Assembly (NCBI GenBank): GCA_947297555.1
Contig: CAMYTM010000001.1
Location: 1 to 43,995 of the forward strand
DNA length: 43,995 nucleotides
Direction: 5' to 3'
From: an uncultured Mycoplasmatota bacterium
GTDB lineage: Bacteria; Bacillota_I; Bacilli_A; RF39; UBA660
The notes beneath the pieces are model-generated. The model was not told the origin of the DNA. It saw nothing but the letters and a program-made list of their open reading frames with translations, and searched no databases. Positions within the stretch are counted from its first letter, which is position 1. The number at the start of each line of letters is the position of its first letter. Both the position numbers and the translations under genes were made by a program. This document shows, piece after piece, positions 28,601 to 38,187 of this stretch.

Positions 28601-29655
28601 ATAAATTATTTGGTAATTATGACTCTGCTGTTAAATATAATCAACATCGTCATGAACATTCAACTGAAAGAATAGGAAAAAAGTATCAATGGATAGCAAC
28701 ATATGAATTATTATCAAAACTATATGATAACTTTATTCCACATTATGATGTATATGATGATGATATAATTGATTTTGATAATAGAGAATATTTTGACAAA
28801 GATCATAAAAGGACTTTTGATGAATCAAGTATTCGATATGTAAAATATAATTTAGAAGAGGAGTTTAATAAACTGCTAACAATTGATACAACAAATTTTA
28901 TTTTAGAACAAGGCGACAAGAAAAATTATCTTGATAATAATAATTTTGATATTAATAATGAAGAAAACTATTCTGAATATGTTGTAAAAGACATTAATAA
29001 TATTAAATATATAAGCTTATTTAATTTATTCTCAGCTGAGGATAGAAACTTTAATTTAAAAAATGTTGATAGAAATTCTTTAACTATTGCGTGTACAGCC
29101 TTTGTATATTCAGATAAAGAAAAACTAGAAAAAAGTGATTATAAATATTATTCACAAGGTACTTATAATGAGACATTTAATATACAATTATTTGATATTC
29201 CCCAATCATCAGAATATAAATTAAATTATGATAGGAAATATCAAAATCAGGATTTACAAACTAGTTATAAGACATGCTATGAAGAATACATATGGGAAAA
29301 AGAATATGATGAATCAATCAGAAATCCGATTAAAATTTTAGTTCCGCAAAAATGGATTATTGATGATTTTTGTTTAGAACATAGAAATGAAGGAGAATGG
29401 TATAGAGATAATGAACTATTATGTTTTCAGCCATTATTGAAAGATGGTGAACAAGAATTAGTTATAAAATATGATGAATTTATTAAATTTTTAAAAGGCA
29501 AAAATTTAAATTTAGGTTGGACTATTTATTGTGAAAAATCTCATAATAATAATTATGTTTCTTGGAGAGTAAATTTATTTTATGATTTTAAAAATATGAA
29601 ATTTAACAATGAAGTTTATGATAAGGAAGAATGGGAATCTCGATCCTTATGGTAA
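25612..29655 (+). CDS. 1,347-aa STAND/NACHT-like P-loop NTPase with N-terminal SMEK-like domain and long C-terminal region
   Basis: SD 'gagaggtgg'. Walker A 'GVAGIGKSHT' at about aa 310 and NACHT-style Walker B 'IIIDGLNES'. The N-terminal 'NIFLEDILANILNIIYGLSLVNTN...YPSIDLKDEINKTAVQVTT' resembles the SMEK-type N-terminal domain (from memory). The C-terminal ~900 aa has no recognised catalytic motif. Confidence 0.7.
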   Translation: MKPEEYYKVISDELAKIKVLIDTENSINLLDKNIFLEDILANILNIIYGLSLVNTNFNISNYPSIDLKDEINKTAVQVTTNVTRIKVQNTLDTFFKKGYDKTFDRLFIVVFDNHSYRGEFILSSKFNFNKDDNIITYEKLLKIIKSLADDKLKRIYDYIDIALKENIYNLYWMKKNTIKSLNNLDKRYNRKLNVFNEETNKIKMFFSQEDCKKEIINMIEAIIILIENNDIKTNFKINEIVNDFTLITINEKLEALSRLEKSVCKNFEEKGNDYYDYNKIHNFETEYYLLLEKLNNLIALYFSKVIIYSGVAGIGKSHTLASFVNEDYISKNFPALLVLGQDFSDGSNIENQFCEITSGKNNFDELLFYLNELGRVRNIIVPIIIDGLNESNDNSIWKKGLNNFINEVVKYSNLKLVLSVRETYFEFCIPEEVKNRNGILVYNHEGFNGNSIKAIEEFFEFYGIDIPIFQIIHNEFKNPLFLTTYCNIVSKYNIQINENEYKNFIQIFQMYLYKINEIFVEKYNLLNKPNIIKEVLNNYIQKWVENNKSITEKEFLTLLSEISELYDISKREILNFVIENGLFYKERRFNEEIIVFTYERYEKICLAMYLLESINSIDELKQSINDGLLKEYVDSSDKFDNGILEELINIIQEDFKVDFVSIISFDKIKFDYFIKKDYIKSLLWFKGQYDINIIINNIKELYKDEDYANEIIDVFIKMSYLETNPLNIKILNEYMLKLSMPQLDYNWSIVIDSYYSDFKKESIDNIINYCLNYGSEYLNDNTIYLLSVLFSWLLSSSNRYLRDISTKSLTKLLLNNHKVSVELLKNFKNVNDMYVLERIVAAIYGSIIRSSNSNNIEELSHELYNVIYKNEKPIDNVVIKVYSRKIFAYMKEKYQISLYDNIENEAKSEWYQHLPTNDEIDKYDVDYKDENVDKRKYSNSAIIHSMVTEYGRGTSAYGDFGRYVLGYFLNPFAYVVEDVQLLANKATERVFDYGYDYKLFGNYDSAVKYNQHRHEHSTERIGKKYQWIATYELLSKLYDNFIPHYDVYDDDIIDFDNREYFDKDHKRTFDESSIRYVKYNLEEEFNKLLTIDTTNFILEQGDKKNYLDNNNFDINNEENYSEYVVKDINNIKYISLFNLFSAEDRNFNLKNVDRNSLTIACTAFVYSDKEKLEKSDYKYYSQGTYNETFNIQLFDIPQSSEYKLNYDRKYQNQDLQTSYKTCYEEYIWEKEYDESIRNPIKILVPQKWIIDDFCLEHRNEGEWYRDNELLCFQPLLKDGEQELVIKYDEFIKFLKGKNLNLGWTIYCEKSHNNNYVSWRVNLFYDFKNMKFNNEVYDKEEWESRSLW

Positions 29656-29685
29656 AAAATAATGATTAAAATTTACTGAGTTATT

Positions 29686-29721
29686 AAAAACAAATAGGCA
29701 AAAATTTTCCTATTTGTTTTT
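29686..29721 (+). terminator. rho-independent terminator after the STAND gene
   Basis: 13-bp perfect stem 'aaaaacaaatagg'/'cctatttgttttt' with a 10-nt loop. Confidence 0.7.
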
Positions 29722-29941
29722 AAATTTAATATAAAATAAAAAGGACAAAATTGTTCTTTTATTAGAGGTAACTTAGTAGTCTTGTACAATATATCAAGCA
29801 TGGTGTCTACACACCCTAAAAGCTTGTTAGGGAGTATCCCTAAAACCCATTACAAATTAGTCTCTGAAAGTTAATAAAATTTCTAAATATAATTGTGAAA
29901 AGGACATTTACTAAAATATAAAATATTAGTATAATATTGTT

Positions 29942-30544
29942 ATGAAAGTAAATGGTGGCTTTATGAGCAATGAAGATAAAATTAAAGATTATTTAGATAA
30001 AAATTATGGTTATATAACAACTTCTGAAATATTGAGTATGAATATTAGCAAACCTTTAATTAAAAAATATGTTGAAAATGGATTATTAAGAAAAGTTTCA
30101 CATGGCTTATACATAGATAGCAATTTATTAGAAGATGATGAATACATTTTTCAAAGAAGATATCCCGAGGCAATATTTTCATATAATACAGCATTATATT
30201 TTCTTAATTTGTCTAATAGAGCTCCACATAAAATTGAAATAACTTTAAGTAATAGAAAGAGAATTAGTTGTGATTATGAAGTACATTATATTTCAGATAA
30301 ATATTATGATATTGGCATTATTGAAATAGAAAGCATGTTTGGTAACCCAATTAGAATTTATAATGCTGAAAGGTCTATTTGTGATATGTTACGAAATGGT
30401 GATTTTGAATTAGAATTACAAAATACTATTCTTAGAAATTATTTTAGAAGTAAAGATAGAGATCTTGATAAGCTTTTAGAGTATGCAAAAATATTTAAAA
30501 TTTACGATAAAGTCAATACTTTAGTTGAGTATGAAATGGGTTAG
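29942..30544 (+). CDS. AbiEi-like (type IV TA antitoxin family) wHTH protein
   Basis: 'GYITTSEILSMNISKPLIKKYVENGLLRKVSHGLY' matches the AbiEi_4 N-terminal pattern. The start may be the ATG at 29963 (SD 'ggtgg'). Confidence 0.65.
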   Translation: MKVNGGFMSNEDKIKDYLDKNYGYITTSEILSMNISKPLIKKYVENGLLRKVSHGLYIDSNLLEDDEYIFQRRYPEAIFSYNTALYFLNLSNRAPHKIEITLSNRKRISCDYEVHYISDKYYDIGIIEIESMFGNPIRIYNAERSICDMLRNGDFELELQNTILRNYFRSKDRDLDKLLEYAKIFKIYDKVNTLVEYEMG

Positions 30545-30556
30545 GAGGTTTCTTAA

Positions 30557-31393
30557 ATGAGTGAAAAAGAATTAGATTCGAGTAATGTTGAATATACAAA
30601 AGAAATTAAGCCAGAAGGTTATGTAAAACAACTACAATGGGATATGGCTATTGGTCTTCAAGAAGTTGATAATTTAAAACCTTCTAAATATTTAGAAAAA
30701 TTATTAGAAGACAATGTAAGTGGTAAACTAACTATTAAACAAGTAGAAGAAGAATTAAGAGAATACTATATTGCAAAAGATAAAAAACAGGAATTAAATC
30801 ATAATGAATTAGAATGTGATTTTGTATCAACAAGAATTGTTGAATTGTTAGATAAAAATAATTTTGAATTATCAGTAGATTATTTAAAATATGTTCATAA
30901 ATATTTATTTCAGGATGTATATGAATTTGCAGGTGAATTTAGAAATATAGATTTTTCTAAACATGAAAAAATATTGAATAATGATTCAGTTGCTTATGGA
31001 GATTGCAAGACATTAAAAGAATCATTAGAATATGATATATCTTTGGAAAAAGAAAAGAATTATAAAAATATGAGTGTTGTAGAAGTGATAAATAATATCA
31101 CTAAATTCTCATCTAGCATATGGCAAGTTCATCCATTTAGAGAAGGTAATACTAGAACAACAGCATTATTTATAGAAAAATACTTAATTAGTTTAGGTTA
31201 TGAAGTAGATAATACTCTATTTAAAGATAGATCAGTTTATTTTAGAAATGCATTGGTTAGAAGTAATTATTTTAATAATTATTTAAATATTAAAGAAGAT
31301 AGTAGTTATTTAGTTAAATTTTATGAAAATTTATTATTAGGTAAGAATAATAATTTACATTCACAGGATTTAATTGTTAAAGAGTTATTTTAG
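30557..31393 (+). CDS. Fic/DOC family protein
   Basis: 278 aa. Fic motif '[12 protein letters not shown]', a variant of HxFx(D/E)GNGRxxR. SD 'ggagg' is 13 bp after the AbiEi-like stop. Confidence 0.8.
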   Translation: MSEKELDSSNVEYTKEIKPEGYVKQLQWDMAIGLQEVDNLKPSKYLEKLLEDNVSGKLTIKQVEEELREYYIAKDKKQELNHNELECDFVSTRIVELLDKNNFELSVDYLKYVHKYLFQDVYEFAGEFRNIDFSKHEKILNNDSVAYGDCKTLKESLEYDISLEKEKNYKNMSVVEVINNITKFSSSIWQVHPFREGNTRTTALFIEKYLISLGYEVDNTLFKDRSVYFRNALVRSNYFNNYLNIKEDSSYLVKFYENLLLGKNNNLHSQDLIVKELF

Positions 31394-31409
31394 AAGTGAG
31401 GTAATAGTT

Positions 31410-33284
31410 ATGGATTTTGATCAAATGAGTAAAGATGACTTGATTAATTATATAAAATCATTAAATGAAGAAAAATCAGGAAAATTGGGACTAATATGGG
31501 ATAGAGAAAAAGTGCCAGAAGATATTGTTTTGGAGTGCAACAAGAAAATTCCTGTATTAAAAAATATATCTGAAAAGAATATTATAACTTCTAACAATAA
31601 AAGTAATGATAATAACTTATTGATTGAAGGCGATAATTTTCATAGTTTAAGTGTTTTATCATATACACATAATGAAAGTATTGATGTTATATATATTGAT
31701 CCTCCATATAATACAGGAAGTGAAGATTTTGTATATAATGATAAATATGTTAATTTAGAAGATGGATATAGACATAGTAAATGGCTAAATTTTATGGATA
31801 AAAGACTTAAAATAGCAAGAAGACTATTAAAACAAGATGGCGTCATTTTTATATCCATTGATGATAATGAATATGCACAATTAAGATTATTATGTGATGA
31901 AATTTTTGGCGAAAATAATTTGCTTTCTACACACCATATGCAAGTTAGGTATGATAATAAAAGTCTAAATGAAGACAATGATTGGCAACCAGTAATGGAA
32001 TATGTTCTAATATATGCAAAAAGTAAATATTTATTCAAAGCAAATAAACAATACGAAGAATATGATCTTTCAAAATTTCAATATAAGATTACTGAACTAA
32101 CTAAAGGTACAACTTTAAAAATAGGTAATAAAACAGTTACTATCTTTAAAGATGGTGAATGGAAGATAGAAAAATGTAAAGGAAAAATCGGATTGTTAAA
32201 AGAAACTTGGGCATCAGGGAGTATAGTTAGACAAAGCGGTACTGCTGCAGAATTTTTGTCAAAATATTTGATTAAAAGAAAAGATCAAGATGGTTTAAAT
32301 GTTTTATATAAAATTCATAATATGGGAGAAGATGGATTAGGATATAGATATGTAACTGGTCCAAAGAGATATGATGCCATTCGTGGAAAGTTTTATTCTG
32401 GTGTTCCTTTAGATCGAATAAAGGAAATTGAAAATAATGGTTTCTCAAAAAAAACAAGGCCTATTTCAAATTACTATGATTTTAGTGCTGATTTTGGAAA
32501 TATACGAAATGAAGGTGGAATACCATTTAATAATGGCAAAAAACCAATTAAGATGTTAAAAGAGTTAATTAATTATCATCCAAATAAAAATGCATTAGTA
32601 TTGGACTTTTTTGCTGGATCAGGAAGTACTGGACATGCAGTATTAGAATTAAATAAAGAAGATGGAGGAGAAAGAAGGTTTATATTATGTACTAATAACG
32701 AAATTAGCTTAAAGGATGAAAAAGAATTTAAGAAAAAAAATAATATAAATGATGAAACTCTGATTGAATATAAGAAAAAAAATAATAAAAAATGGTTGAA
32801 ATTTATTGAAAAAAGGGGAATTTGTAATTCCATAACATATCCTAGAATTAATAATGTGATTAATGGATATAGAAGCAAAAAAGGATTAGGTGGAAATTTA
32901 CTATATTTTAAAACAGAATTCGTTGAAGTTAACGGCTCAAAAGACCAATTATATTATGATTTAACTGAAAAATGCATTCCAATGTTGTGTATAAAAGAAA
33001 ATACTCATGTTTTAGTTAGAAAAGATAACGAATATTGTATATATTCTAATGAAGAAAAGACAAAATATACTTGTGTCTATTTTGATGCTTTTGGAAATAA
33101 TTATAATAAATTTATAAATGATATTGAAAATATTTATGAATTTAAGGCATTATATATATTTACTTTAGGAAATGAAATAAATCAGAATGAACTAGTCGAT
33201 GTACACAATTATGAAGTGGAACCAATTCCATATAAAATTTTAGAGTTGTATAATAAAATAATTGATTTAAGCAGGGAGATATAA
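31410..33284 (+). CDS. mod: type III restriction-modification methyltransferase (Mod), N6-adenine beta class
   Basis: The ATG at 31410 has SD 'gtgaggt'. '[10 protein letters not shown]' (motif IV) precedes '[12 protein letters not shown]' (motif I). Directly followed by res. Confidence 0.8.
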   Translation: MDFDQMSKDDLINYIKSLNEEKSGKLGLIWDREKVPEDIVLECNKKIPVLKNISEKNIITSNNKSNDNNLLIEGDNFHSLSVLSYTHNESIDVIYIDPPYNTGSEDFVYNDKYVNLEDGYRHSKWLNFMDKRLKIARRLLKQDGVIFISIDDNEYAQLRLLCDEIFGENNLLSTHHMQVRYDNKSLNEDNDWQPVMEYVLIYAKSKYLFKANKQYEEYDLSKFQYKITELTKGTTLKIGNKTVTIFKDGEWKIEKCKGKIGLLKETWASGSIVRQSGTAAEFLSKYLIKRKDQDGLNVLYKIHNMGEDGLGYRYVTGPKRYDAIRGKFYSGVPLDRIKEIENNGFSKKTRPISNYYDFSADFGNIRNEGGIPFNNGKKPIKMLKELINYHPNKNALVLDFFAGSGSTGHAVLELNKEDGGERRFILCTNNEISLKDEKEFKKKNNINDETLIEYKKKNNKKWLKFIEKRGICNSITYPRINNVINGYRSKKGLGGNLLYFKTEFVEVNGSKDQLYYDLTEKCIPMLCIKENTHVLVRKDNEYCIYSNEEKTKYTCVYFDAFGNNYNKFINDIENIYEFKALYIFTLGNEINQNELVDVHNYEVEPIPYKILELYNKIIDLSREI

Positions 33285-33286
33285 TT

Positions 33287-35587
33287 ATGAAAGAATTAAA
33301 AAGATATCAGGAGCAAGCAATAAAGCAGTTGATAACAGCTTCTAAAATGTTTTTTGAAACAGATAACAATGAAACTATTGTGTTTCAATCACCAACGGGC
33401 AGTGGTAAAACATTTATGATGACTAATTATATTTCTGAAATTATTAGAGATACGCAGTTGAATTTATGCTTTTTATGGGTATCAATTGGAAGTGGAAATT
33501 TACATGTTCAAAGTTATAATAGTGTTAAGAAAAATATATCATCACTTGTTGATTGTAGTTTGTTAGAAGAAGACTTTTTTGGAAAAAGAAAAAAAATTAA
33601 CAAAAATGAAATAGTGTTTTTAAATTGGGAAAAGATAAGGCAAAAGGATGGGATAACAGGACAATACACAAATAATGTTATGAAGGATAAGGATGATATA
33701 AATTTTATAGAAGTTCTTGAAAATACACGAAACAATGATACAAAAATAATATTAATTATAGATGAAAGTCACAAATCATCTAATACTATAAGAGCGAGAG
33801 AACTTAGAGATGAGATAATAAAACCTTTCCTAACAATAGAGATGAGTGCTACTCCAGTACTTACTTCAGATATGCAAATGAAAGTTACCGTAGATCCAAA
33901 CAAAGTAATAGAAGAAGGAATGATAAAGAAAGAAATTATCATAAATAAAGATATATCATCAATATCTAATGATGATATATTCTCACAAAATTTAATTTTA
34001 GAAAGTGCATATCAAAAACGTTTATATTTGAAAAAAATGTATGAAAAACAAAAAGCTAATATAAATCCATTAGTGTTAATACAATTACCAAATTCAGATG
34101 CTGGTGAAATTAAGAAAAAAGCAGTTTTAGATTTTTTGGAAAGCAAAAATATAAATATTGATAGTGGGAAAATTGGTATATGGTTGACAGAAGATAAGAT
34201 GAATATTGAAAGTGAAGAATTAACTAAAAATGACAGTAAAGTAGAATTCTTATTATTTAAGCAAGCTGTTGATACTGGATGGGATTGTCCTAGAGCACAG
34301 ATACTTGTGAAATTTAGAGAGTCAAATAGCATTATATTTGAAATTCAAACTGTTGGAAGAATACTAAGAATGCCTGAAGCAAAACATTACGATTGTGACG
34401 ATTTAAATATCGCATATGTTTATACAAATATAAAATCCATCGAAATAAAAAAAGAGGTTTATAATCCTAATATCATAAAATCTATTTGTTCCAAAAGAAT
34501 TGAAAATTATGAAAATATCAAATTGAGATCATATTATAAAAACAGAGTTGATTTTGGTGATATAACTAGTGAATATACAATGTTTTTTGAACGTGCCTTT
34601 TGTAGATTTTTCAAAATAGATTATAAAGATAATGAAATCCCAAATTACAAGGAATCATTAAAAAAATTAATGCAGAATGGAATTAAAACTAATTATGATG
34701 AAATGGATACTATCCTAAATAATATAGAGCTAGAAACAAATAATATTGACTCGGGAATGGTTGTAAGTGAAGATAGTGTAGTGTATATGAAATTATCACC
34801 AGATGACTTGGATATTAAATATAATAAAATTTTATTAAAGAATATAGGGAACTTTTCTCCTAGTAGATCTATCTCTAAATTAAAAACAGCAATATTATAT
34901 GTATTTAGAAAATATTTAAATATGAAACCTGCAGATGGCGGAATAACACTTATTCAAAATTTAATTGTTAGAAATGAGGAAATATTTGAAAAAATTTTGT
35001 CATTGGCTTTGGATGAATATAAAAGTTTTCATGAAAAAGATATTGAATTAAAAAATCCCGGCAGATATAATGATGATTGGGAAATTTTAACTAGCAAAAA
35101 TTATAATCCTGAAACTAATGTTGAGATAAAATCTAAATTATCAATTTATCAACCACTGTACTTGCCTTGTGATAATAATGGGAAGGTTGATGAACTAGAA
35201 CTAAAATTCATAGAATATTTAGAAGAAAATAATGAATTTATTAAATGGTTTTGGAAGAATGGTGACGAACATATGGAATCAAATTTTGGAATTAGGAAAG
35301 AAAATGGTTCTACTTTTCAACCAGATTTTATTATTTCATTTGTTGATGGAAGTATAGGAATATTTGATACAAAAGCAATTGGATTTAATGAAAATGATAA
35401 TATAAGTAAATCTAATGCACTATATAAATATGTATCTGATGAAAGATTTAAAGGAAAGAACATAGTTGGAGGTTTAGTTGTGTATACATCACAAGGTTTT
35501 AGATATTTCAGTGAATCACAATACAAGAGTTATAATGAATCTCCAGAAAGTTGGATGGATTTTGATGACTTTTTTAAAAAAATCTGA
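33287..35587 (+). CDS. res: type III restriction enzyme Res subunit (SF2 helicase + PD-(D/E)XK)
   Basis: 'QSPTGSGKT' and 'IIDESHK' helicase motifs, 'DTGWDCPRA' and 'QTVGRILR', and a C-terminal 'FQPDFII...GIFDTK' nuclease-like motif. Starts 2 bp after mod. Confidence 0.8.
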   Translation: MKELKRYQEQAIKQLITASKMFFETDNNETIVFQSPTGSGKTFMMTNYISEIIRDTQLNLCFLWVSIGSGNLHVQSYNSVKKNISSLVDCSLLEEDFFGKRKKINKNEIVFLNWEKIRQKDGITGQYTNNVMKDKDDINFIEVLENTRNNDTKIILIIDESHKSSNTIRARELRDEIIKPFLTIEMSATPVLTSDMQMKVTVDPNKVIEEGMIKKEIIINKDISSISNDDIFSQNLILESAYQKRLYLKKMYEKQKANINPLVLIQLPNSDAGEIKKKAVLDFLESKNINIDSGKIGIWLTEDKMNIESEELTKNDSKVEFLLFKQAVDTGWDCPRAQILVKFRESNSIIFEIQTVGRILRMPEAKHYDCDDLNIAYVYTNIKSIEIKKEVYNPNIIKSICSKRIENYENIKLRSYYKNRVDFGDITSEYTMFFERAFCRFFKIDYKDNEIPNYKESLKKLMQNGIKTNYDEMDTILNNIELETNNIDSGMVVSEDSVVYMKLSPDDLDIKYNKILLKNIGNFSPSRSISKLKTAILYVFRKYLNMKPADGGITLIQNLIVRNEEIFEKILSLALDEYKSFHEKDIELKNPGRYNDDWEILTSKNYNPETNVEIKSKLSIYQPLYLPCDNNGKVDELELKFIEYLEENNEFIKWFWKNGDEHMESNFGIRKENGSTFQPDFIISFVDGSIGIFDTKAIGFNENDNISKSNALYKYVSDERFKGKNIVGGLVVYTSQGFRYFSESQYKSYNESPESWMDFDDFFKKI

Positions 35588-35807
35588 TATAATTAAATTA
35601 GGGTACGAGGAGTGTGCTCGGAAAAGTCGACTTTATTAAAGGAAGTTTATGCAATGTTCTTAATAAGAACTTAACAAGAATGAAGTGCCAAAATTAAAGG
35701 GAAGTACTAGAGTATTTCTAGAATTGATGTACTATTCTTTGTTCAGTTCTTTTTCTTATGCTCTAAAATACTGACAAATAATAGACTATTAAGGTAATCT
35801 TATATCA

Positions 35808-36338
35808 ATGAATATGGAAAGAAATATTGAACCTTTTATTAAATTAGTTTTCCCAACAAGTTTATTGGGAGATAAGAATTTAACATCATTAGAAAGATTA
35901 CTATTAATTTACATTTTGTCACTTTGTAAGAAGTATGGATATTGTTGGGCTACTAATGATTTTTTTAGTGATAGATTTAATGTTAGTAAGCAAACAATAT
36001 CAAAAAGTATAAGTAGTTTATCTAATTATGGTTATATTGTTTTAAAGTATGATAAGAAAGAAAAGAATAATTCAAAAAGAAAAATCATGATGTCAGGGGT
36101 ATTCAAAAAAAGAATATCAGATATACAAGAAAATCTTAATACTAGTATTCAAGAAAACTTTAAACAATATAATAAAAATAATAATATAAGAAAAAATATA
36201 GGACCTGTTATAAAGTGTGATGAAGAAGGAAATATCATATCTTGGAATAATAAACCAACAATATCAGAACCTATGAGTGAAAAAGATGTTAAAGAATTAG
36301 AAGAATTAATAAATGAAATAACAAAAGGAGATGAATAA
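35808..36338 (+). CDS. helix-turn-helix protein, paralogue of 22531-22962
   Basis: See the alignment given for 22531. It holds the same position (two genes upstream of the recombinase) as in element 1. Confidence 0.6.
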   Translation: MNMERNIEPFIKLVFPTSLLGDKNLTSLERLLLIYILSLCKKYGYCWATNDFFSDRFNVSKQTISKSISSLSNYGYIVLKYDKKEKNNSKRKIMMSGVFKKRISDIQENLNTSIQENFKQYNKNNNIRKNIGPVIKCDEEGNIISWNNKPTISEPMSEKDVKELEELINEITKGDE

Positions 36339-36379
36339 TTAATTGCTTAACAAAGTCATACATTATAGAGAGGTGACTT

Positions 36380-36472
36380 ATGTTTAATATAACAGAAACA
36401 TTTAAAAAAGATTCTCCTAATTTAACTTTGTTGATAACTAATTATATAAAAAGAGTGATGGATAATGAGTAG
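36380..36472 (+). CDS. small ORF (30 aa) upstream of recombinase 2
   Basis: Not in the ORF track. SD 'agaggtga' then ATG at 36380. 'MFNITETFKKDSPNLTLLITNYIKRVMDNE' shares the FK..(D/E)..L..(L/I)IT...K pattern with the other two small ORFs. Confidence 0.4.
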   Translation: MFNITETFKKDSPNLTLLITNYIKRVMDNE

Positions 36473-36548
36473 AACAATGGTGTTATATTGTTCTTTATGG
36501 TACAATATAATTGGCTTTAATTTGTTATACAAGAAGAAAGGAGTATAA

Positions 36549-38138
36549 ATGTATAACAATATAGTAAAAGCACCAGAGTTTTACAAAGCAGGAATATATA
36601 TAAGATTATCTGAAGCAGATCAAGGAAAATCTTACGAAGCAGAAAGTGAGAGTGTCCTTAATCAAAGAAATATACTAATGAAATTTGTAAAAGATAATGG
36701 TTTTATTTTTGTAGGAGAATACGTTGATGATGGCTATTCTGGTACTGATTTTGATAGACCAGGATTTAATCTAATGATGGAAGATTTAAAAAAAGGACTT
36801 ATAAATCTTGTAATAGTTAAGGATTTATCAAGATTAGGAAGAGATCATATATTAACCGGTTATTATGTGGAAAATTATTTTCCTGAAAATGGTATACGAT
36901 TTATATCTATACAAGAAAGTTATGATAACTTTAAATTAAAATCAAGTAATGATTCTGTAATGTTTATATTTGCATGTAATGATTTTTATAGCAAACAAAA
37001 TTCAGTTAAAATTAGAAATGTATTGGAATATAAAAAAAGAAAAGGAAAATTTATTGGTAGTGCTCCAAGTTATGGGTATATGAGAGATCCTAATGATAAA
37101 GGACATTTATTACCTGATCCTGAATATGCACCCATTGTTAAGAAAATATTTGAAATGGCTAACAATGGTGTTGGTTTGTCAGAAATAACTACTTATTTAA
37201 ATGATAATAAAATTAAAACACCAAGCAGTCTCAAAAGAAAAAATCCTCGTGCGAAGAGCAAATATAATTCTATTTGGACAATATCTTCTGTAAAAAAGAT
37301 TTTAAAAAATCAAATGTATGTTGGTGATATGGTTCAGAACATTCAGTATAAAAGAGGTTACAAAACTAAAAAGAAATTGGCTGTACCTAAGGAAAATTGG
37401 ATTGTTGTTAAAAATACCCATGAGCCTCTTGTAGATAGAATGGTTTTTGAAAAAATACAGAATAATGTTAAAAGAACTAATATAACTAATATAACTAAGA
37501 GAGAAAAAAGATTATTTGAGAATTTATTATATTGTAAGGAATGTGGTAATACATTAACTATTATTTATAGAAAAAATCATAATTATTGGACAATCAATTG
37601 TAATAAATATTCAAGAGATCCAAAAAGACATTTATGTTATCCACATTTTATGCCTTATGATCAATTAGAAGAAGCATTATTAGAAGTTGTTAAAAAAACT
37701 TGCAAAAAATACTTGGATGCAATTAATGTCCCAAATCTTGCACTTGAACTAAAGGATATAAAGAAAAATAATCTTAAAATAGAAGCAAGAATATTTGATT
37801 TAGAAAAAAAAGAAAAAGAACTTCTTAATAAGTTGGATATGTTATATGAAGATAAGTTTAGGGGATTAGTATCAGATGAGATGTATAAAAGAATAGCTAA
37901 TGAAACTGAAGTATTATTAACTAAATCAAGAACTGAGGTTAAAAAGTTAAAAGCAGATGAAAAAGCAATACAAAATAAGACAGATGATTTAAAAGAATAT
38001 GAAGATAAAATAAAATCATTAATTGATCTAGAAAATCCAACTAGAGAGTTAATGCAAGCCATTATTGATAAAATAGTAATAGACAAAGATAAAAACATTG
38101 AAATAATTTATAAATTTAGTATATTAAATAGTATTTAA
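36549..38138 (+). CDS. large serine recombinase (element 2)
   Basis: 529 aa. 'AGIYIRLSEAD', 'VKDLSRLGRD', 'APSYGYMRDPNDKGHLLPD', zinc ribbon 'YCKECG' and a coiled-coil tail. Confidence 0.9.
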   Translation: MYNNIVKAPEFYKAGIYIRLSEADQGKSYEAESESVLNQRNILMKFVKDNGFIFVGEYVDDGYSGTDFDRPGFNLMMEDLKKGLINLVIVKDLSRLGRDHILTGYYVENYFPENGIRFISIQESYDNFKLKSSNDSVMFIFACNDFYSKQNSVKIRNVLEYKKRKGKFIGSAPSYGYMRDPNDKGHLLPDPEYAPIVKKIFEMANNGVGLSEITTYLNDNKIKTPSSLKRKNPRAKSKYNSIWTISSVKKILKNQMYVGDMVQNIQYKRGYKTKKKLAVPKENWIVVKNTHEPLVDRMVFEKIQNNVKRTNITNITKREKRLFENLLYCKECGNTLTIIYRKNHNYWTINCNKYSRDPKRHLCYPHFMPYDQLEEALLEVVKKTCKKYLDAINVPNLALELKDIKKNNLKIEARIFDLEKKEKELLNKLDMLYEDKFRGLVSDEMYKRIANETEVLLTKSRTEVKKLKADEKAIQNKTDDLKEYEDKIKSLIDLENPTRELMQAIIDKIVIDKDKNIEIIYKFSILNSI

Positions 38139-38187
38139 AGACTTTGTTCCTATTGGAACAAGTTAAACATAAAAATAGATAAACTAC

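Noticed and set aside
32440-32790. Homopolymeric A tracts (A8) inside mod as phase-variation switches.
   Set aside because: A-runs of this length are common throughout this AT-rich window, including in intergenic regions and other genes. There is no longer simple-sequence repeat, and the reading frame is intact.
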